From assembly GCF_947568905.1 (NCBI RefSeq), contig NC_079170.1, positions 14,446,001-14,510,000 on the forward strand: DNA of 64,000 bases. Reading direction: 5' to 3'. The notes below the pieces were generated by a model. It saw nothing but the letters and a program-made list of their open reading frames with translations, did not search any database and was not told where the DNA came from. Shown here one piece after another: positions 52,403 through 63,552 of this stretch (its first letter is position 1; each line of letters opens with the position of its first letter). The position numbers were made by a program, and so were the translations under genes. This DNA is from Ostrea edulis. Lineage: Eukaryota.

Positions 52403-52818
52403 GTAATTTATTTCTTTTTTCTTAATGTAGTTGTTATAGATAGAGAGTTACAATACAGCTCTACAACACATTTCATATATGCATGAACGAATATTACAAG
52501 ATTAATTCCGGACAAAATTATTACAGAAACCTCAAGGTTTTGAGGACATGGTTTTAATAGCTGCTTTTTAAAGATCACACTGTAAATGTTATTTCGATTA
52601 TTTTGATTTATAATACTAAAGTCTAACAAATTAAATGTGATTTAAAAATTTTCCTCTTCAACATTGTACTGTTTTATCAAATAAAGGGCAGATAACTTTA
52701 TATTTTCCTATGAAATACTGAGGATGTGTATAGAAAGTATAAAGTATCATGGAATAATCTTTTATGCGCAAACGGCAGAGCAATAATTATCATACCATAA
52801 TAAGATATTAAAGCTATA

Positions 52819-53310
52819 CATGAAAGGTGAAGATAACGAACAGTGATCAATCTCATAAGTCCTATAAGGAATACAAAGTAGAGAGTTGGGCAAACACGGA
52901 CCCCTGGACATACCAGGGATGGGACCAGGTGCCTAGGAGGAGTAAGCATCCCCTGTCGACCGGTCACATCCGCCGTGAGCTCTATACCTTGATCAGGTAA
53001 ATCAGTTATCCCTTGTAAACATCAGTGTGCCAAGAACGTGAAAGGCCTAAAAATCGGTATGAAAGAAGTCAGACAACATTTGACCCAATGATAGGTTATA
53101 CCGTATTGACAAGATCAATACACCTACCATATAATTTGCGAAATATTGACTTTAAACGAGAGTGTTGAATCCCATCTAACATCATTTTGTTTGTCAGTAG
53201 CCTATCTCGATTTAAAAACTGATCATAAGCAGAACAAGCTCTTGCGTATCGAATCAGTTGAAAGATATAAACACCATATGCAGGTGATAATGAAATATTT
53301 CTAATATGAT
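52819..53310 (-). mobile_element. Penelope-like element, RT C-terminus plus 3' end
   Basis: Translation NISLSPAYGVYIFQLIRYARACSAYDQFLNR..LLTNK..SRLKS.FRK.YGR, followed by the family 3' UTR. Confidence 0.82.
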
Positions 53311-53501
53311 GATGAGTAATTGGTAGATATTCGGAATAAATCACACTTTTCTACCATCACATCATGCCATTTTTGGACGGCTACTAGTACATTTAATCGT
53401 TTTCTCTGAATTTGATACTGTGATTATCGTCTAAAGTGCACCTCATCATTCGAGGAAACATTTACCACCAGAAACTAATCCACATGTTCTTGTTTTTTAA
53501 G

Positions 53502-53609
53502 GAATGGCGTATGGAATCCTAAGTTGGAAAACAAACCTGAAACCAGAGTTTCCCTTCATGTCCACTGTTGGTCTACTTCTATCAGAGAGAGTTACAGACG
53601 CAATTTATG
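53502..53609 (+). CDS. M13 module 1 active-site exon with the zinc motif replaced
   Basis: ttttaAG| GMAYGILSWKTNLKPEFPFMSTVGLLLSERVTDAIY G|GTATGT. 108 nt, phase 1/1. Aligns to FPAGIL....GGIGxVIGHEITHGFD. Confidence 0.78.
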
Positions 53610-55625
53610 GTATGTTGTCATCCGGAATTTGCATCTTTTAGGGAAACAAAAGATCACTGACTTCAGAATAAGAACTTTGAAAAATTCTAAAATTAACATT
53701 AAGTGCTGATAACAACTATTGTTGCATATGATATTTGAAAATGCCTGCACATTTGAATCGATAAATGCATTATCTGAGAGTGGTATGCAATGGATATTAA
53801 CTCTGCTCTGACACTAGAACTACCATTAGCATTGAGTAGAATTGTATTCACATTTAGAAACGTTCCTCGGAGCAGGCACTTTTTTACTCTTCATACACTG
53901 AAGGACCAAAAGTTTGAAAGGCAAACGAATGTTTTATTGGGGCAAGAATTTGTACGCTGGTTGAGGGTCTACTGACTAGATTTGATGATATAGTGTTGTA
54001 TCAGATTTCCTTGCGAATATTTTTTGCACACATCACAAATCTTTATGCATTTTTTTTATTGTATGTACATGTATGTAAAACGTCCGAACATGTGACAGAC
54101 TATATTTGGATTCAACAATATTGGTCACCCTTTTGTCTCTCTGATTGGGAATTCTGTTTGAAATGAAAAATAGATTTAATGTTTAACACTCCGTATCCTC
54201 TGATAAAACATAGGTTTGTCGCATTTTGAATATTCTATTGATATTACAAATTTGCAAACATTTTCCTTTCTTCGTTGTGTGCCACTTAATTGTCTTAAAA
54301 TACTTTTTAAGAATTGATTTTTTAAAGAAAACTTTCCTGATTTAATGTTTTCTCTCTCGAACATGCTAATCTGTTTAAATGGCTAGTATCTCGCAGCAGC
54401 AGTGAATTGCCCATTCATTATTAACCGAGGTCTTTCGGTAAATTTTGTAACCTTTTCTATTGACTTTCAATCTAACTGGGAATCGTAATGTATGTTTTAA
54501 TGGATACAGAGCAACTTTCATGCAATGATTCTAAATGTCTAATTGAAAACGATGTTTCATATACGCCGTGATGTTGAAGAGTCTTCGTTAGTGCGCTCCA
54601 CTAATATTTAGATGAGGTCTGCAATAAGAGTAAGTATTACATATATGCCGTTGAAGATGCCATATATTCATCCAAAGTACTTTATTCGCCTGATATTTCA
54701 TCTGAAAGAATCCACTAGGGAGACAAGAGGCGAAAATGCTAGAGAGAGAGGGGGAAAAAATCCAAAGGGAATAAATTCATTAAATGCTACAATTCAAATA
54801 TAACACACCTCTCATGATACAAATTTTCCCTACGAAAATGCAAATGTAACAAAAACAAAGTAAATAGATACAACCAGATAAATGAGTAGATAAATCAATC
54901 AATCATAATAGAATAATTGATAATAATGATAAATCAGCACGGCTTGTGTATTCTTTATCGTCACTCTGTGTCCATTTATAAAACTCGATCTGGATTCCTT
55001 AGGTTAATTGTTCGTCAATACGGGGCCTCATTCTGATGCTCCTGTGAATACACACTATATAACCAATTTAGATCGCGTGCAGAAGATATTTGTAAATTAC
55101 ATCGAAACTACCAACACATTTGGATATTTAGTTCAATTTATATTGAGTATGGCAGGAAAAACAGACGCAGTAATCGATCTTTAAGAATATGAGTTCTAGA
55201 TACGAGAAATTGCACGAAGGACCCTCTTTTTGAAATGTAGGCTTAGGCAGACTTTTGTTTTATCTTTGGTATCAGAGAAACGCTGAAATATACATGACTT
55301 GAATGTGTAACTATTCTCATACCGATAGTTTCAGAAAAAAGAATTATATCCCATCTGACCAAAACCACTTAATAGATTTGATTAAACCATTTACTCTATA
55401 TGAAATTAATCCACTGAGTTCCTGAAAACATCGTGCATGCATAAATAATTCGTGTGGTCGTGTGTATTCAGTCAAAGAAATGAATTGGAGAATAGATCAT
55501 ACACAATTGACCAGACGGCGATAAAGATAGCAATTATCGGATTATTCATTTCAAACAATTATCTGCATATAGGAAGTAAGACTTTGCTGATATCGACTCT
55601 CGACTATGAAATGACTACTTTGTAG

Positions 55626-55735
55626 GGTCACTCGACATTCAGTCTGCGGTCGATGGTTACTGGAGTGATGGTTCTTTGAGGCATTTTCAGGACAAACGCG
55701 ACTGCTTCATGAATCAACTGTTTGAGAAAAGAACT
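55626..55735 (+). CDS. M13 module 1 exon (..DGYWSDGSLRHFQDKRDCFMNQL..)
   Basis: Phase 1/0, tgtAG| ... ACT|GTAAGT (alternative phase-0 end at 55759). Matches the WW....F.....C...Q motif. Confidence 0.8.
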
Positions 55736-55899
55736 GTAAGTCTAACCGGTAGACCTCTAGTTAAGGAAGCTCCATACTTGCATTCTCAAGGTTCAACGTA
55801 GAAAACTATATTAATTTCATACTTTTTGTTTAATGCAATCGATGATTAAAGGAAATACCAATGTTGCTACCTTATTAAAGATTACAGACATACATATAC

Positions 55900-55948
<49 letters not shown>

Positions 55949-55951
<3 letters not shown>

Positions 55952-56525
55952 TGATCACCTGCTTTAATGCCGCACATCGCCAAAAAGTTCAAAGTCCCGT
56001 TTTCCTCGCTATGTAAAAACCCGTTATATTGCCATCCCCTGCATACCACCATCCGCCAACCTATTTACAGGTACTATTTGGTCAATTACCATTATAATCA
56101 CCACCGCTAATTATCGCCAATCAACGGCAGGACAATTTCAGTGAGCAGGCTTAGGCAATTATCCGCTATTAGTTCTCAAGGTATCAAAGTTTGGAGCAGA
56201 TAATAAGTTATGTAAATCATATTCAACTGAGTTCAAATATGCAGTATTGTTTTTGAAATCCAAGTATGGCGGATACACCGAAGTCTAAGCGTGTTGTACA
56301 TAAAACTAAAACTGGAAATCATTAAATACCCCTACCATTACGAGTCATTTACGATCACTGGACGCTGGGATTACCCAGGCATTCAAAGCACGATGTAGTA
56401 GATAAAATTTGATTGATTTCTTATGACAGCTGTACATATACCCCCTCCCCCGATATAATGCCACCCCCGTTATAATGCCAAAATTGCCGAGGTACAAATG
56501 TTGGCGTTATAACGGGGGATCACTG
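55949..56525. mobile_element. Tc1/mariner-like MITE in a (TA)n tract
   Basis: TIR CAGTGATCACCTGCTTTAATGCC / GGCGTTATAACGGGGGATCACTG, flanked by TA on both sides. Confidence 0.75.
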
Positions 56526-56535
56526 TATATATTTA

Positions 56536-56580
56536 AATCACTAACGCTTTCTGGATTTTAACATCCATCCTCAGGTGAAT
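56536..56580 (-). ncRNA. Minimal type I hammerhead ribozyme motif
   Basis: AUUCAC-CUGAGGA-UGGAU(GUUAAA)AUCCA-GAAA-GCGUUA-GUGAUU. Intact core, 5-bp stem II, stem I UCAC/GUGA, self-complementary stem III, NUH triplet UUA. Confidence 0.65.
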
Positions 56581-56734
56581 ACATGTACCTTTAAATGCTG
56601 AACACGTCTCAATATAAACTCCTCAAATAACAACAAACAACCAAATAGATTCATTTTTGATGAGTACTTGTTTATTCAATGCATATCCGAATAGATAATT
56701 TTATGTTTTGTTTCCCAAAATTCATGCCTCTAAT

Positions 56735-58426
56735 TTCACATTTGGCAACCCAACTTACACTCCAGATTCCCTTTCCACAATGAGTCTTTAATCTTCAAAA
56801 CCACGTGTCAGTTTAAAACACATTTAATATCCCAATTAATGGAGGGAATGAATATGAGTTACCAAACGTATACTGAATTCCAAAACTTTACAAAACCCTT
56901 ACGAAAAGAGATAAATTGCAGGATCCAGCAAATGATATACCAAGCCCATATCTTTACTCCTCACCAAAACATCAACTGCTATAAAGGAGAAACCTAAGAC
57001 TTATTTTGCTAGAAATGGTGTAAATCGAACGTGGATTCTGATGGTTTTCAAAGAACGTTTAGTAAAACCTTTCCAAAAACAACATCATCAAAGCGTTAAA
57101 TGTTTCCACGCTTCACACCATGTCATGATAAATTAGAGACTAGGGGCATCTTTTTGGCATCATAGAGAGATGCGTCTTGAATAAAAATGGAACTCGGAAA
57201 AATTAACATTTGTTATGAGTCATTCAAAATTAATTTGTTAAAAACCATTCAGATTCTACGAACAAGTACTCTGAAATTGATAGTAAAAAGATGTTGGATT
57301 TCCTCACTGACAATATCTACATACATTGTAGTTTTGGCGCAATCAGTTCTTTCAACAGGCTATTGAATTCAAGCGGACACGAATTGCGCTCCTTTAATAG
57401 CTGATCTATTTTTGCATTCTTATGAGGCAAAATGTACATAAAAACTCCTACATACATCTATATCCCCGTGAAATCGAACTGAACGACACCATAGAATCTT
57501 CTATATCTGTTTCGTATTTGGATGTATTAATGAACATAGATGTCATCGGCACACTAACAACTCAACTTTATGACAGACTTTATCTTCTCCGTCGTCAACT
57601 GGCTATATCTATGTAGAAATAGTCCATTATCACCTGCTTATGAAAGGTGAAGATAACCAACAGTGGTCAATCTCATAACTCCTATAAGCAATACAAAATA
57701 GATAGTTGGGCAAAAACGGACCTCTGAACACACCAGAGGTGGGATCAGGTGCCTAGGAGGAAGAGGCACCCTCTGCTGATTAGTCAAACCCGTCGTGAGC
57801 CCTATATCTTGATCAGGTAAATGGAGTTATCCGTAGTCAAAATCAGTGTGTCAAGAACGGTCTAACAATCGGTATGAAACACATCAGACAGCATTTGACC
57901 CAATGACAGGTTGTATTGGCAAACTAGATCGTTATAACGATCATAGAATTAGCGAAATGCTGACTTTAATCGAGACTGTTGAAATCCCTGAACCACTTGT
58001 TTGTCAGTAGCTTGCTTTTGTCTCTCAACTGATTTGATATGCGAGGGCATGTTATACGTATGATCAGTTTTTGAATAGAGACAATACTGGAAAATAAGTG
58101 AATGTTACAGGAGTTACAAGTATCTTGTTTAAAGTCAGCATTTCCAAAATTCTTATACAATTTATCTAATACAATCTCCCATTAGGTCGAATGCATTCTA
58201 ACGTTTTCATACCAATGGTTACGCCATTCTTTATATACTGATTTTTATTACGGATTACTCCGATTATCTGACCAAGATATAAAGGTTCAACAAGGGGATG
58301 TTTACCTTCCTAGACACCTGACCGACCTCTGATGTTTCCATGGATCTGTGTTCGTCCTATTCTGAGTGTTGTATTCTTTATGAGATTTATGAGATTGTTC
58401 ACTGTACCTTATCGTCATCATTTCAT
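56735..58426 (+). mobile_element. Old Penelope-like RT remnant interrupted by a younger antisense copy (57640-58014)
   Basis: Plus-strand remnants GNPTYT..NEYELP..IPKL..NCAPLIADLFL.SYEA..QLYD..PLSPAY | insert | SQLI.YARAC..DQFLNR, then the 3' end ...atttcat. Confidence 0.75.
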
Positions 58427-58782
58427 GTTACAAATTCACGGTGATTTATGTAGACAAAACCACAAAATAAAATTAAAAATCTATCCACAAAGCATTTGGT
58501 CATCTAGAAATTCATGAAGTTTAAACTTTTTCAATCTTTTAATGAACATGTCCCACTTTTAATGATTTAAGTAGTTAATATACAAGTTGCAAACTTTGAT
58601 TTAGAACAAGAGGACATTTTCCCCCTATGTTTGTACATTTACCTTTATTCAGAAGAAGTGGAACATGTTGCGCTACGAAAGACAATTGCACTACTAAATA
58701 AACAACATTTTGAAAATAGATATTATTTGACCTATGATTAATGTGTATATGTACTTATTATGAGTTGCCTTTCATTTATTAG

Positions 58783-58848
58783 GAGACTGGTATATACAAA
58801 ACGAAGCAAGTGATGTCAGGACATGCTGGACTATACATAGTAATGCAG
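58783..58848 (+). CDS. M13 module 1 exon (ETGIYKTKQVMSGHAGLYIVMQ; GENIAD region)
   Basis: 66 nt, phase 0/0, ttattAG| ... CAG|GTATGG. Aligns to G..TLGENIADNGGL. Confidence 0.7.
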
Positions 58849-59399
58849 GTATGGCTGACATATTCAATTAGAGTTGTTCAAATGCTTATGAGAACATACA
58901 CATATAAATGAAAGAAGGCGTTGATGCAAATAGAAGTACAAAATATAATACTACAATACATATGCATGTATTGTAAGCATATTGTATTATCAATCACTTG
59001 TATTTCGCGAGATTTTATTTCATTAATCCTAATTACTCTTACCAAATTTTTATTTGTAAGACAGTTAATTTTCCTCATACCATAAAAATAAGGTTTTAAT
59101 GGCTATATCTTAATAAATCCATAGTAATGAACCTTTTTTTTAATTAAGCGTTAGCGGAAAATCATTTCCCGACAGAATAATTATGGGAGCAGTAACAAAA
59201 ATAATTTACAGTCACAACGGAAAAGAAATAAGGACAAAAATAATGTATGCACGAGACTGAGGCAACATTTGGACAGGTTAAAACCCTCATTGCATGTCAT
59301 ATATTTCTTTATTCCAATGGTATCTCCAAATACTTAACGTTACAATCTAAACATGGCCTTGGCCATTCTCAATGACTTTCAACAATATCGCGTGTATAT

Positions 59400-59568
59400 A
59401 CATGATCAAGATATAGGGCTCACGAAGAGTGTGGCCGGTCGACAAGGGGTGCTTACTCCTGATCCCTGGTATATCCAGGGGTCCGTGTTTGCTCAACTCT
59501 CTATTTTGTATTCCTTTTGGGAATTGATGAGTGAGATTGATCACTGTGCGTTATATTCGCCTCTTATA
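59400..59568 (+). mobile_element. Penelope-like element 3' end fragment
   Basis: gatatagggctcacg...ccaggggtccgtgtttgc...gagattgatcactg, same family. Confidence 0.7.
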
Positions 59569-60051
59569 TAATGAAGCCGATCTGAGCTCGTGTAAGTCAT
59601 TAAGATCTCCCATTGTACAACCGCGCCTCTTTCATGGTAAATATGACGACATTCAAAGGTGTCAAAGTCAGACGGCACGGTGCGTGCACTCGTTACATGT
59701 AATTCTATTTTCAATTAGCGTAGAAAGTTTAGTGTATACCCATGCAATGATCTCTCCACATTTAAGGAACAATGTTCCCATGGAATGTGAAAGAGGTTTA
59801 TACTAATTAATGTAATATCTAATAAAGCATTTGATGCACATTATTTACGGAGAAAATGCTTGTCTTAATTACACATAACGCATGCGATAGATTCACTTCT
59901 TGTTTAATGATGAAGAGAACGGACACATGCAGCTTCATTAGAGTTTGTACTTTCGGTGTCTTTGGATGTGTTGTCATTTTTTAGCTTTGTCAGTTTTTTA
60001 ATCTCGGAGAGTATTACTGCATTATTTTCCTATGTTATCGATGTTTTACAG

Positions 60052-60150
60052 GAACAAAAACGTTTGCTTCAGAATAGAATGATCCAAAGATACCTATTCC
60101 CATTCCTGTCCCTTCATTCTGAACAGCTGTTTTACCTGTCGATGACTCAG
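60052..60150 (+). CDS. M13 module 1 exon (..LFPFLSLHSEQLFYLSMTQ)
   Basis: 99 nt, phase 0/0. Matches LPGL...EQLFF..fAQ. Confidence 0.85.
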
Positions 60151-60342
60151 GTACGTCAACGCAGTCCTTCTCAGATGTTGTATGGTTTCCTACTAATTAC
60201 GTTATCGGTACAGCAATAACCGAGAAGTACATCAAAGAGATGTATTAATAAAACGTAAAAAAAAACAAACAAAAAAAAAAAAAAAAAAACGTTTCATTTA
60301 TCATTTACTTGTTATTCTACATAAATATTTATAATGTTACAG

Positions 60343-60392
60343 GAGTTGTGCAAAATGAATGAAGAAGGAGACGTTTTATCCAACAAATTGAG
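60343..60392 (+). CDS. M13 module 1 exon (ELCKMNEEGDVLSNKLR)
   Basis: 50 nt, phase 0/2. Corresponds to the WC...D.HSP...R segment. Confidence 0.78.
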
Positions 60393-60590
60393 GTATTCTG
60401 ATTCTAGACAGACGCCTTTCATTGATATAAAATTACAAATACGAGTTATAGATAGTTAAAAGAATATGCATGTATACCAGTATATTGATTTTAAATATGA
60501 TAACGTCGGTTTTAAATGAATTGCTTCAAACGGTGTATAGAAAATTTGAGATCGATGGTTTAAATTTTTATATTTCAATCATTCTTCCAG

Positions 60591-61588
60591 ATGGAACACA
60601 GTTCTGATGAACGACGTGACTTTTGCAAAGGCCTTTGAATGTCCTCTTGGTTCCCACATGAACCCACCCTATAAATGTCATCTTTTCCAGCAAACGAATT
60701 ATACAATTCCACCGACGACACCGGCACTTCCTACAACTACAACAACAACAATCACCACACAAGTTACAACTCAACGAACAACGACAACATCTCCAAAACC
60801 GACGACAACGACCACTCCAAAACCAACGACGACAACGACTACTCCAAAACCGACAACTACTACTCCAAGGCCGACGACAACGACCACTTCAAAACCGACG
60901 ACAACGACTACTCCAAAACCGACAACTACTACTACTACTCCAAGGCCGACGACAACGACCACTTCAAAACCGACGACAACGACTACTCCAAAACCGACGA
61001 CAACGACTACTACTCCAAAACCAACGACAACGACAACAACTCCAAAACCGACGACAACGACAACAACTCCAAAACCGACGACAACAACGACTACTCCAAA
61101 ACCGACGACAACAACGACTACTCCAAAACCGACGACAACGACTACTCTAAAACCGACGACGACAATAACGACTACTCCAAAACCGACGACTACTCCAAAA
61201 CCGACGACGACAACTCCAAAACCGACAACAACAACTACTACTTCAATACCAACAACTCTAATTCCATCCACAACAACAACCACGACGTCAAACCCAATCC
61301 CGACGACAACAACTCAACAGAGTGTAGTCTCTACTACTATAAATACTCCGTCTACAACTTCCGATGTCAATCAACTACAAACCTGTCAATCAGAATTCTG
61401 TTTCTCTTTAGCTTTTCTGATTTCTTCCCGCTCGGACGAATATGTAGATCCTTGCAACGATTTTTACCAGTATGCATGCGGTGGATGGGTATCTGGAAGA
61501 GAAGCTTTATTGGCTTTAAACTTTTACAACGAGTCTAGAAACTCTATCATAGAAGATGTACACTTTAATTTCAGACAAGAATTAAAAG
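60591..61588 (+). CDS. Fusion exon: C-terminus of M13 module 1, (PKPTTTTT)n linker, start of M13 module 2
   Basis: cttccAG|A, phase 2. FAKAFECPLGSHMNPPYKCHLF continues stop-free through a ~230-aa T/P linker into CQSEFC..YVDPCNDFYQYACGGW. Donor AAAG|GTATGT, phase 1. Confidence 0.92.
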
Positions 61589-61913
61589 GTATGTTTTTTT
61601 CATTATCATACTCGATAATAAACTGGGGAAAATGTCAAGGCTATGGCTATGAGAGATATTCAGTGGTCAGATGACATCATGCGCGTAATTAAAACCATTC
61701 CATGGTATACCCTTTTCTAACACTCTCTCCAGATTTTCCCCTCAGTATTTAGAGGTAGCTGTTTATAACATAATCCAGTTTTTGCAAGAATACTAAAAAC
61801 AGCACTATTTTTGTTAATTGTATTCAATCCCCATGCTATCGCTTTAATCAAAATCGTTGTCAATACCACTTTGACAAAAGTATCATGGTGAAATCTCGCT
61901 CTTCCCTCTTCAG

Positions 61914-62021
61914 CAATGGTAGAAAGAAACACAACCGATGACGACAGTGAATATCTACAACTGATAAAACTTCATTACCAGAGTTGTCTATTGTCCAATA
62001 ACCCACAGCAAGTGCAATCAG
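61914..62021 (+). CDS. M13 module 2 exon (..LIKLHYQSCLLS..)
   Basis: 108 nt, phase 1/1. Paralog of 46771-46878. Confidence 0.85.
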
Positions 62022-62212
62022 GTGAAGGACAGCTACATGTATAAACTGTTCAAGTGCAAATTAACGGCTAAATAAGCAACCCACTATAGCTTCCCACAAT
62101 TTTATAGTGGACAGTATTGCACTGTATGCAATATCTTTTGATGTGTTTTTAAAATGAGTAATAATCATTCTCGGTATGCATTTTTGAAACATGCTCTACT
62201 TATTGTTGTCAG

Positions 62213-62388
62213 TCACAAACGATATGCAGCTTCTGTTGGAAATATTGGAAATGGGGAATGACCTGAAATCCTACATGGGGGCAGCCAACATGCACTTAGT
62301 AGTGAGTGCGGACATGGGTGGTTCGGGATTATTCGACTACAGGGTAATACAAACGGCAGTGGACAACACAACGACAAACATATTGCAG
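62213..62388 (+). CDS. M13 module 2 exon (..DMGGSGLFDYRV..NILQ)
   Basis: 176 nt, phase 1/0. Paralog of 47510-47685. Confidence 0.82.
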
Positions 62389-62390
62389 GT

Positions 62391-62424
<34 letters not shown>

Positions 62425-62563
62425 ATTTTTCATATATCATGCTATCTATCACATGTTGTGGTTTCATTGTTATGTATGTGTGTTACATTGCAAAGTTTAT
62501 GATGAGAATGCTGGTAACAGGGGACGTAATAATTCACTAACCATTCCTACATCACTATTTCAG

Positions 62564-62626
62564 CTCTCTCCATCGAATTTATATCTAAAGGATGATGCTT
62601 ATGTAGCGCCATTTGAAAGCAATAAG
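62564..62626 (+). CDS. M13 module 2 exon (LSPSNLYLKDDAYVAPFESNK)
   Basis: 63 nt, phase 0/0, donor AAG|GTGAGT. Confidence 0.82.
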
Positions 62627-62872
62627 GTGAGTGTAGTGCAACATGCGTAACATACACGTAAACGTGAGCATAAAAAGAAAGTTACGTACTAAACACGTTG
62701 GAGGTGACATTTTCTCTTTGATATTATTTCAAGCACTTGTTGTCTCTGCAATGAGAAGGAATTTAATTTTGACTTCAAATAATGCAGCCGAAATTGATGG
62801 AGCATACAATGAGAGTGACGCTCGATTATATACAAGACAAAGTGTGGGTTAACATATGTGTGTGTTTTGCAG

Positions 62873-62948
62873 ATAGCACAGAAGTACATTGAGAGAATTG
62901 TGCCTGTTTTGCAGAAAGTTAATCTGAATTTACGCCCACAAAATGCAG
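62873..62948 (+). CDS. M13 module 2 exon (IAQKYIERIVPVLQKVNLNLRPQNA)
   Basis: 76 nt, phase 0/1. Confidence 0.8.
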
Positions 62949-63119
62949 GTTTGGTTTGCATATACTGGAATATGACATGAATATGAAACATCATCTGTAT
63001 CAAAGTTATCGATGCATCCCAAAATGAATTAGACTATATGCATGGCCAATTTTCTATGTTTCGTTTCTTGTTTGTGAGCGAAAATTCCTGAAATTGTTGG
63101 GTTTTTTTATTTTTGGTAG

Positions 63120-63190
63120 ATGACAACATCACGGAAGCTCTGATTGAGAGACTGGAGGATGTGTTCGCGTTTGAGCAAGAATTGGCCAAG
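63120..63190 (+). CDS. M13 module 2 exon (DDNITEALIERLEDVFAFEQELAK)
   Basis: 71 nt, phase 1/0, donor AAG|GTTAGT. Confidence 0.85.
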
Positions 63191-63552
63191 GTTAGTGTTA
63201 CCTTAGATTGTGACAGACCTCGTGGAAGAGAAGCCGTGATACTTGTTTTATTTGAAATTCACATATAAAAGCCGTAAAAGATATCCACAACTATGCTTCA
63301 TCTTTTTTTGTTTTACCCCTGCGTCATTTTTATCATCTGCCCCCCCCCTTCTTTTTTTACCCCTGCACTAATTTTTACCCCTGCCCTATTTTCACCCTTG
63401 TCCTATTTATGATTACGTATACTTTATATGACTCTGTACATGGATGATCTTCCTAAGTCAAAACATCCCACAGAACGAGTTTGAAGTTTATCCACACATT
63501 TCAATAATCACACTGTCTTTGATTATCCCATTTACATATGTCTTTCTTTCAG

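Noticed and set aside
53790-53975. ORF with LLGQEFVRWL, superficially like a second degenerate HExxH exon
   Set aside because: No phase 1/1 splice pair found. The exon at 53502-53609 fits both alignment and phases better.
55010-55185. Open stretch (..NTFGYLVQFILSMAG..) in an M13 intron
   Set aside because: Not needed to complete the domain, and no phase-compatible splice pair identified.
60771-61283. Val/Gly-rich minus-strand ORF (also 45839-46213)
   Set aside because: Antisense shadow of Thr/Pro codons.
60675-61538. 287-aa Asp/Asn-rich ORF (SKTDDNDY repeats) resembling acidic shell-matrix proteins
   Set aside because: It is the +2 shadow frame of the ACN-rich Thr linker. The overlapping frame carries M13 motifs at both ends and fits the splice phases. 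Dual coding has no support.
62643-62852. 69-aa ORF between module 2 exons
   Set aside because: The acceptor phase is incompatible. The exon at 62873-62948 is the true paralog of 51062-51140.
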